From Candidatus Methanoperedenaceae archaeon GB37 (GTDB lineage Archaea; Halobacteriota; Methanosarcinia; Methanosarcinales; EX4572-44): a stretch of 64,000 bases of DNA. The stretch spans positions 1,228,957-1,292,956 of the forward strand of contig LR991653.1 of NCBI GenBank assembly GCA_905171695.1, written 5' to 3'. The notes under the pieces were generated by a model that was not told the DNA's origin, did no database searches, and saw only the letters and a list, made by a program, of their open reading frames with translations. The translations under genes were made by a program, and so were the position numbers. Positions 57,934 to 64,000 of this stretch are shown piece after piece (the first letter of the stretch is position 1; every line of letters begins with the position of its first letter).

Positions 57934-59337
57934 ATGGCCTATCTAACAGAAAAAATAGATCTATACGGGGACAATGGTAAGGTGCTGGAATCAGACATTC
58001 CACTCGAAGCTGTAACACCAGTGCAGAACCCCGCTGTAAGAGAGCTTGCAAGCATCTTCAAGCGTTCCGTTGCAGTGAACCTTGGAGGAGCACAGAAAGC
58101 CCTCTCAACTGGACACTATGCCAACGAGTATATACACTTTCCAGATATACCGAACAAAGATAAACTTGGAATAAAGAGTTCTCCCGGTGGCAAATACCCA
58201 CCAAAGTCGGTTAAAGTACGAACCATGGACCTGCCACTCGTAGACGATGCAGATGACATCGCGGCACGGCTCAAAGAGAGACTCCAGGTCAACCCTGACG
58301 ATGGAACAGAAGTCAGAGTAATGAAGAAGGGGAACGTGCTCTACGTCAAGATCTCGGAGCAGCTTGCAAATACAGGTGTCGAGTACACAACGGCACTCAC
58401 AACAACTGCACAGGCAATGACCGATCTTGTGATGGAGAAGTACGATCTCGACTTCCACGCTTCCCCACTCGTCCACTGTGCATTCTATGGACGATACCCA
58501 CAGACATACGAGTTCATGGGCGGAAACGTGATCTCACTACTTGCCGCAAGCTGTGCAAATGAGGGACCAGGATTCGCCATGCGAAACATTATGGCAAACC
58601 ATATTGTGGCAGCAACAAGGAAGAGAACTCTGGAAGCTGTCGCTCTGAGCTCAACGCTGGAAGCCATTGGTCATGTTGAGATGGGTGATGCAATCGGCAG
58701 GTGGAGACGGTGGCAGGCACTCGTGCATGCATGCCAGGGACTGAACGCAAACAATGTGGTCTACGACCTTGTGAAGGAAGCCGGCCATGGCTGCACAGGT
58801 GATGTTGTTGCAGCAACCGTCGGAAGAGCACTTGAAGATGGAATCATATCTGTAAAGAAGACACTGCCATCTGGCTACAAGTTCTACACAGCAAACGATC
58901 CCTCGATGTGGAACGCCTATGTATGCGCAGGACTCGTTGCAGCAGTTATAGTCAACCAAGGTGCGGCACGAGCGGCACAGGGTGTATCATCAACACTGCT
59001 CTACTTCAACGACCTGATCGAGCACGAGACAGGACTACCCCACGCAGGCTATGGTGATGGCATGGGTAATGGTGTAAGCTTCTCGTTCTTCAGCCACGCT
59101 ATATATGGTGGCGGAAGCCCCGGTATCTTCAGCGGCAACCACATCGTGACCCGCCACTCCAAGGGATTCGCAATACCCGTCATCGCAGCGGCGGTATCTC
59201 TCGATAGCGGCACAGCGGTCTATGGGCCTGAGGCAACATCAGGACTCGTAGGAGATATCTTTGGCGAAGTGGACCTTATACGCAGGCCAATGGAAGCGAT
59301 CGCAAGTGCAGCAGCAGAGATAAAGGACAAGTTCTGA
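57934..59337 (+). CDS. mcrB: Methyl/alkyl-coenzyme M reductase beta subunit
   Basis: 'GRYPQTYEFMGGN', 'NQGAARAAQGVSSTLLYFNDLIEHETGLP' and 'FFSHAIYGGGSPGIFSGNHIVTRHSKGFAIP'. Confidence 0.9.
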   Translation: MAYLTEKIDLYGDNGKVLESDIPLEAVTPVQNPAVRELASIFKRSVAVNLGGAQKALSTGHYANEYIHFPDIPNKDKLGIKSSPGGKYPPKSVKVRTMDLPLVDDADDIAARLKERLQVNPDDGTEVRVMKKGNVLYVKISEQLANTGVEYTTALTTTAQAMTDLVMEKYDLDFHASPLVHCAFYGRYPQTYEFMGGNVISLLAASCANEGPGFAMRNIMANHIVAATRKRTLEAVALSSTLEAIGHVEMGDAIGRWRRWQALVHACQGLNANNVVYDLVKEAGHGCTGDVVAATVGRALEDGIISVKKTLPSGYKFYTANDPSMWNAYVCAGLVAAVIVNQGAARAAQGVSSTLLYFNDLIEHETGLPHAGYGDGMGNGVSFSFFSHAIYGGGSPGIFSGNHIVTRHSKGFAIPVIAAAVSLDSGTAVYGPEATSGLVGDIFGEVDLIRRPMEAIASAAAEIKDKF

Positions 59338-59351
59338 AGAGGTGAAGAAGA

Positions 59352-60152
59352 ATGGTATATCAAAGACAATTTCTCCCAGCAGACGATAGAGTCACAAAAA
59401 ACAGAAAGAAAGTGGTGGATCCAAGCGTTAAATTGGAGAAGATCCGAACACTTTCCGATAAGGACTTCCTGACCCTGATAGGACACCGACATCTCGGTGA
59501 AGCATACAGGTCAGTGAACCCACCACTTGCCGAGATCGGCGAGCCAGAGGATCCAATAAGAGAGCTTGTACCACCTACCGAAGGTGCAAAGGCAGGAGAC
59601 AGGGTGTGCACAATCATCATGACAGACTCGGTCTACAACCCACCGATCGCACACTACACCAGGGCATGGATGTACCACAATAGATTCAGAGGTATCGACA
59701 ACGGTGTCTACTCTGGACGAGTGACACTTGAGATGCGTGAGCGTGACCTTGAAGAGGCATGCAGGACCCTCTTCGAGACAGAGATCTGCGATGCGTCAAG
59801 GGATCAAGTCAGACAGTACACCTGCACAGGCCACAGCTGCAGGCTTGACCCAGACGGTATGATGTTTGATCCCATAGAGCGATGCATTATGTCAGGTGGT
59901 AACGTTGTCTACCAGAAAGACAGCTTCGGAAATCCTGTGGATACACCAATCAATATGGGCAAACCATTATCAGAGGAAGAACTCATAGAGAGAACGGTTG
60001 TATACAGGACGGATCGTGGTGAGCCGATGACACGCGAGGGCGATCCAGGAGCGCCAGATGAAGAGGTCAGAGAAGCACTCCAGTGGAGCCGCAGAATCCA
60101 GTGGCTCAGAATGCTCGGGAACATGGTTCCTGACAAGATAAAGGGAATGTAA
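59352..60152 (+). CDS. mcrG: Methyl/alkyl-coenzyme M reductase gamma subunit
   Basis: 'GAKAGDRV', 'MRERDLEE' and 'GHSCRLDPDGMMFD'. Confidence 0.9.
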   Translation: MVYQRQFLPADDRVTKNRKKVVDPSVKLEKIRTLSDKDFLTLIGHRHLGEAYRSVNPPLAEIGEPEDPIRELVPPTEGAKAGDRVCTIIMTDSVYNPPIAHYTRAWMYHNRFRGIDNGVYSGRVTLEMRERDLEEACRTLFETEICDASRDQVRQYTCTGHSCRLDPDGMMFDPIERCIMSGGNVVYQKDSFGNPVDTPINMGKPLSEEELIERTVVYRTDRGEPMTREGDPGAPDEEVREALQWSRRIQWLRMLGNMVPDKIKGM

Positions 60153-60166
60153 AGAGGTGAAATGAA

Positions 60167-61954
60167 ATGGTAAAATATCCAAAGCAATTGTTCTTAGAGA
60201 GCAAGAACTCAAAGATGAACTCGATAGAGATGAAATATGGTCAGGATCCAGCGATCAACAGAGCCGAGTTCCACGTATACGGTGGCGTAAGGCAGAGTAA
60301 GAGGAAATCAGAGGCATGGGAAGCAGCAAAGAGAATCACAAAAGAGCGCGGCATACCCAACTACAACCCCGATCTCCACCTGAAGGGCGCTCAGATGGGA
60401 CAGAAGGTCCTGCAGACCTACAGGATAACAGGTCTTGACCGCGAGTGGGCAGGTGGCGAGGACACACCCGCACACAAGGGATGGAAGCCAGGCACAGATA
60501 TCGCCGGGCTTGAAATGGATGACCTCAACTACGAGAACAACCCTGCAATGCAGCAGTGCTACGACGATATGCGAAGAACCGCCATCAATGGCCTTAGCAT
60601 TGCACACGAAACGATAGAGCGCAGATTCGGAAAAGAGGTCACGCCTGAGACGATCAACCTCTACTTTGAGATGCTCAACCACAACATCGGCGCAGGTGCG
60701 ATCATGATGGAGCACACAGCAGAGACAAACCCAGAACTGGTGAAAGACAGCTATGCCAAGTGCTTCACAGGAAACGATGAACTGGCAGACGCACTCGACC
60801 AGCGCTTCTTAATCGACATCAACAAGATGTTTCCGAAGTACCAGGCGGATCAGATCAAGGCAGAGGTTGGAGACAGAATCTTCCAGGTGGCACGCATACC
60901 CACGATGGCAGTACGCACATCAGACGGTGGACTATCACGTGCATGGGTAGGACAGCAGGCAAGCCTTGCCTTCCTCTGTGCATATGATATTCCAGCAGGC
61001 GATGCCGTTACAAGCGACTTCGTCTTCACAATCAAGCACGGTGATGTGGTCTTCATGGGAACACAGCTACCGTACAGGCGTGCCCAGCGGAACAACTCGG
61101 CAGGCGGTATTGCACTCGGATACTACTCAGACTGCAACCAGACAAGCCGCACGCCAGAGGCACTCGAAGGGCTTGACGGCGGAATTGACCCAGTAAAGGT
61201 CATAGTCGAAGCACTCACACCAGGATGCGTCATAACAGACCAGGGATGGCTGCACAACTATTTGGCAGGCGGATCATCAGGCTGGTCAAACTACATAATC
61301 TCAGTCTACACCGATGAGGTGCTCGAAGACTACGGATACCACGGCGCAATCTATGCAATGGACAAATGGAAGTGCGGAGTCGGCGAGGTCCCGAACACCT
61401 ACGAGAACATGATGACAATCGCTGAAGAGGTCTCACGATGGAGTCAGAAGAACTATGACGAGTACCCAGGACTTATGGAGGCACACTTCGGCGGCAGCCA
61501 GAGATACTCGATACAAGCAGCAGCATCTGGTGCGGCAGTCGGCGCAATGACAGGCGACCCTGACCTCGGCAACGCAGCGTGGCACTACAACACACCACTC
61601 TGCAAGGAACACTACCTCAGACTCGGATTCTACGGACACGACCTACAGGATCAGCAGAACATGGGACACACATACTCCTATCGCTCAGACCAAGGCATAC
61701 CATACGAACTCAAAGGGCCAAACTATCCAGACTTTGCAATGAACGTCGGGCACATGGGCGGATACATCGGAATCATCGCAGGAGCAGCACACGCACGTGG
61801 TGCAGCATACTCGACAAACCCGATCATCAAGGCAGCCTTTGCAGACCCCAACCTCCAGTTCGACTTCAGGTACCCACGCAGAGAGTTCGGAATCGGTGGA
61901 CTACGCCAGTTCATGCCAGCAGGCGAACGCGACGCAGTAATCCCACCACATTAA
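60167..61954 (+). CDS. mcrA: Methyl/alkyl-coenzyme M reductase alpha subunit, divergent
   Basis: 'GKEVTPETINLYFEMLNH', 'HFGGSQR', 'LGFYGHDLQDQ', 'GPNYPDFAMNVGH' and 'PAGERD'. Confidence 0.9.
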   Translation: MVKYPKQLFLESKNSKMNSIEMKYGQDPAINRAEFHVYGGVRQSKRKSEAWEAAKRITKERGIPNYNPDLHLKGAQMGQKVLQTYRITGLDREWAGGEDTPAHKGWKPGTDIAGLEMDDLNYENNPAMQQCYDDMRRTAINGLSIAHETIERRFGKEVTPETINLYFEMLNHNIGAGAIMMEHTAETNPELVKDSYAKCFTGNDELADALDQRFLIDINKMFPKYQADQIKAEVGDRIFQVARIPTMAVRTSDGGLSRAWVGQQASLAFLCAYDIPAGDAVTSDFVFTIKHGDVVFMGTQLPYRRAQRNNSAGGIALGYYSDCNQTSRTPEALEGLDGGIDPVKVIVEALTPGCVITDQGWLHNYLAGGSSGWSNYIISVYTDEVLEDYGYHGAIYAMDKWKCGVGEVPNTYENMMTIAEEVSRWSQKNYDEYPGLMEAHFGGSQRYSIQAAASGAAVGAMTGDPDLGNAAWHYNTPLCKEHYLRLGFYGHDLQDQQNMGHTYSYRSDQGIPYELKGPNYPDFAMNVGHMGGYIGIIAGAAHARGAAYSTNPIIKAAFADPNLQFDFRYPRREFGIGGLRQFMPAGERDAVIPPH

Positions 61955-61978
61955 ACAAACAAGACAAAAGAGAATACA

Positions 61979-62012
61979 GAGAGCAGAAAAACCTGCTCTC
62001 CTCTCACTTTTT
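61979..62012 (+). terminator. Hairpin plus T-run downstream of mcrA
   Basis: gagagcag-aaaaac-ctgctctc (perfect 8-bp stem, 61979-62000), followed by ttttt at 62008-62012. Confidence 0.5.
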
Positions 62013-62045
62013 CTATTACCACACCTATTTGATCTTTACTCATCG

Positions 62046-62195
62046 TTAGACCCTCTCGCCATTTTTCAACTGATTTTCCATAAAAATCTCAAACTGCCTT
62101 GAAATAATCAACCCTCTTTCTTTACAATATTTTCTGAATTTTTCATATAGTTTAGCATTAGCTTTTAAAGTTATATTTTTAGTTTTGTTTTTCAT
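62046..62195 (-). CDS. 49-aa ribbon-helix-helix (CopG/Arc-like) DNA-binding protein; below the ORF-track length cut-off
   Basis: My own translation is MKNKTKNITLKANAKLYEKFRKYCKERGLIISRQFEIFMENQLKNGERV. The pattern is a beta-strand (NITLKA), helix, G-x-S turn, helix. Confidence 0.6.
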   Translation of the reverse strand: MKNKTKNITLKANAKLYEKFRKYCKERGLIISRQFEIFMENQLKNGERV

Positions 62196-62209
62196 TTTCT
62201 ATCACCATA

Positions 62210-62243
62210 AAGAAATATTTGCACACATTTGTAAATATTTCTT
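62210..62243. promoter_or_regulatory. Perfect 11-bp inverted repeat (aagaaatattt-N12-aaatatttctt) just upstream of the RHH gene; operator/TATA candidate
   Basis: Arms at 62210-62220 and 62233-62243 are exact reverse complements, 15 nt from the RHH start codon. Confidence 0.5.
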
Positions 62244-62400
62244 GCCGAGCCGACGCCGATTGAATATAACTTCATACAACTGCAAACTGCAACCGCTGAA
62301 AATGCATGGAGAGAACGTTAAGAAGAAAAAGTCAGAATGGATGAGGACTCCTGAGCGATCGAGTTCCACCCAATGTGCAGGTAAGTACGACCTCTTCTGA

Positions 62401-62474
62401 TGGGCTCGCGGAGATTCGAACTCCGGACCTTCGCCGTGTGAAGGCGATGTCATAACCAGCTAGACCACGAGCCC
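62401..62474 (-). tRNA. tRNA-Val (anticodon CAC); CCA not encoded
   Basis: Reverse complement GGGCTCGTGGTCTAGCTGGTTATGACATCGCCTTCACACGGCGAAGGTCCGGAGTTCGAATCTCCGCGAGCCCA. Confidence 0.85.
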
Positions 62475-62567
62475 AACACCGCGACCCAAATCTACCCTAC
62501 AATCAATATTAAGCCTATCGGTCTCTCTCAATAAGATTAATAACCTCTCAGCCCTTCATCAGGCTGC

Positions 62568-63035
62568 ATGCGATACACGTTATCCACGGATACACTCACG
62601 GTTACTGTAACACTCGACCACAGCATCGTCAAAAAGGTCACACTAAGAGAAGCCGACCAGAGTGTGGAGGATGTGGTGGAGAGTGGAGTTGACCTCCTCG
62701 ATGAGATCAGCGCTTACCTCAACGGGGGAAGAGTTGATTTCTCGAGATACGCCGTTGACCTTGAAGGACTCACAGACTTTCAGAGAAGGGTGCTTGGAAA
62801 GGTAAGGCAGATACCCTACGGCGTAGTCGTGACGTACGGAACGCTTGCGAGAGAGCTGCAGACGTCACCAAGAGCGATCGGCAACGCATTATCGAGAAAC
62901 CCGGCACCGATAGTGATTCCATGTCATCGTGTTATCGGCAAGCACGGAATCGGTGGCTTCACGAGTGGCGTAGCGATAAAAGAACACCTACTCCAGATCG
63001 AAGGCATCAGTATCGATCCATCCTCAAACAAGTGA
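62568..63035 (+). CDS. ogt: Methylated-DNA-protein-cysteine methyltransferase
   Basis: Active-site 'IPCHRVIG' and 'YGTLARELQTSPRAIGNAL'. Confidence 0.85.
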   Translation: MRYTLSTDTLTVTVTLDHSIVKKVTLREADQSVEDVVESGVDLLDEISAYLNGGRVDFSRYAVDLEGLTDFQRRVLGKVRQIPYGVVVTYGTLARELQTSPRAIGNALSRNPAPIVIPCHRVIGKHGIGGFTSGVAIKEHLLQIEGISIDPSSNK

Positions 63036-63074
63036 TATACTGGCAGCTCGCAGGGATAAAAAAGAGGTCTTGAG

Positions 63075-63147
63075 CGGGCGTGAAGGGATTCGAACCCCTG
63101 ACCTACAGCTTAGGAGGCTGCCGCCATATCCACTAGGCCACACGCCC
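63075..63147 (-). tRNA. tRNA-Arg (anticodon CCT)
   Basis: Reverse complement GGGCGTGTGGCCTAGTGGATATGGCGGCAGCCTCCTAAGCTGTAGGTCAGGGGTTCGAATCCCTTCACGCCCG. Anticodon loop CTCCTAA. Confidence 0.85.
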
Positions 63148-63171
63148 AGATGCACTCAACAAACACCTGAC

Positions 63172-63999
63172 TCATATTAAGCTTGTCGGGGCCATAACAT
63201 ACAGCAACGAGACGAATACCGCTGCAGCAGCGGTTGACGCAAGATTCACACCGTTGTTCGTGAGAATTCCCCGCTGCTGGAGCGTCGCACCGAAGAGACT
63301 GTCAAGATTTGCGCCGAAGACACCCCCAACCGTTATCAAAGATATATATAGCGGGTGGAGTGGTACGAGACCGATCACGAGAGCGAAGACCGCCAAGAGA
63401 AGGGCGCCTCCGAGTGATGCTGCCTCACCCAAGAGTGTCACACCACCATCCGTGCCAGGTCTCGTTCTCCTGAGCGTGGTTATCATCAACGGAGCGCTCT
63501 TTGATGTCTGCCCGATCTCGCTTGCAAGGGTATCGGCGAGTGCTGTTGCAAGTGATGCAAGGTATGCAACGAGTATGACCTCGCTGTGCACTGGAATAGC
63601 GTGGTGCGCCACTGCAAGGCTTGCAGCTGGAAGAGCGTTCGAAAAGACGTTTCGGTATCCACGAACTCCGCTCTTTTCCTCCCCAACCCCCATTGATGCC
63701 TTGAAGTCGTATCTGTACCTCGTGAATCCGCTACCCACTGCAAAGAATAGTACGAGTGCGAGGAACCATCGCAGATCTGTGAATACTATGATCAGCATCC
63801 CGAGAAGTGCTGCTGTGATCATGGCGCTCACATCTGCCATCTCCTTCTTGTACGCCACGTAGCTTATGAGGAGTGAGAGAGCGATCGCTGCTATAATCGT
63901 CTCTATCGATGGCGCGTATCCGATGCTTGCAAAGAGCCAGATGCTCATAGTTGTGCCGACTACTCCGGTGTAGTCGTTCTCACGATGCGGTATGACCAT
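63172..63999 (-). CDS. DUF92/TMEM19-type polytopic membrane protein (start at or beyond the window edge)
   Basis: 'GGVFGANLDSLFGATLQ' near the C-terminus is typical of the DUF92 family. The first Met codon sits at 63999-63997, 1 nt from the window end. Confidence 0.55.
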   Translation of the reverse strand: MVIPHRENDYTGVVGTTMSIWLFASIGYAPSIETIIAAIALSLLISYVAYKKEMADVSAMITAALLGMLIIVFTDLRWFLALVLFFAVGSGFTRYRYDFKASMGVGEEKSGVRGYRNVFSNALPAASLAVAHHAIPVHSEVILVAYLASLATALADTLASEIGQTSKSAPLMITTLRRTRPGTDGGVTLLGEAASLGGALLLAVFALVIGLVPLHPLYISLITVGGVFGANLDSLFGATLQQRGILTNNGVNLASTAAAAVFVSLLYVMAPTSLI

Positions 64000-64000
64000 G

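Noticed and set aside
62202-62453. 83-aa minus-strand ORF and 71-aa plus-strand ORF (62185..62400) downstream of mcrA
   Set aside because: The 83-aa ORF overlaps tRNA-Val(CAC) (its 'GEGPEFESPRAH' segment is tRNA sequence). Neither has protein features. The real small gene here appears to be the 49-aa RHH ORF.

Overview
Archaeal chromosome segment. The ribosomal, RNA polymerase, ArcS and cofactor genes are archaeal type, and the overall gene content resembles a methanogen, ANME or alkane-oxidising archaeon. No rRNA genes and no CRISPR array were seen.

Gene content from left to right:
- Cell-surface block: a vWA/PKD/repeat protein; a secreted cargo with a VPxxxP-type C-terminal sorting signal, followed by a mini-archaeosortase and a degenerate paralog; and a protein carrying both cohesin and dockerin.
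- rpiA-hisA followed by a bacterial-type queA-tgt pair.
- A nested IS cluster: an IS1634-like element hosting one IS5-like copy, and an IS6-like remnant hosting a second IS5-like copy.
- pyk.
- A permuted ribosomal-protein/RNA polymerase cluster interrupted by carAB.
- Siroheme and heme genes, and arcS.
- A MITE derived from the IS6-like element.
- rpl1-rpl10-rpl12, trm5 and ccmAB.
- An AT-rich glycan-assembly island of about 12.6 kb, with an epimerase, a nucleotidyltransferase, two radical-SAM enzymes, two GT4 enzymes and a giant GT-C-like protein. It ends inside a surface-protein gene and is followed by a second GT-C-like paralog.
- Cofactor genes cofE, thiC, aksA and mfnB.
- An aldehyde:ferredoxin oxidoreductase gene divergently paired with an mcrB-mcrG-mcrA operon.
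- A previously untracked 49-aa ribbon-helix-helix gene, ogt, and five tRNA genes across the window.

Most interesting candidate: the mcr-like operon. It lacks mcrC and mcrD, and its alpha subunit differs from textbook methyl-CoM reductase around the active site. That makes it a candidate alkyl-CoM reductase, possibly linked functionally to the neighbouring aor gene.

All domain calls come from reading motifs by eye. No database search was run.
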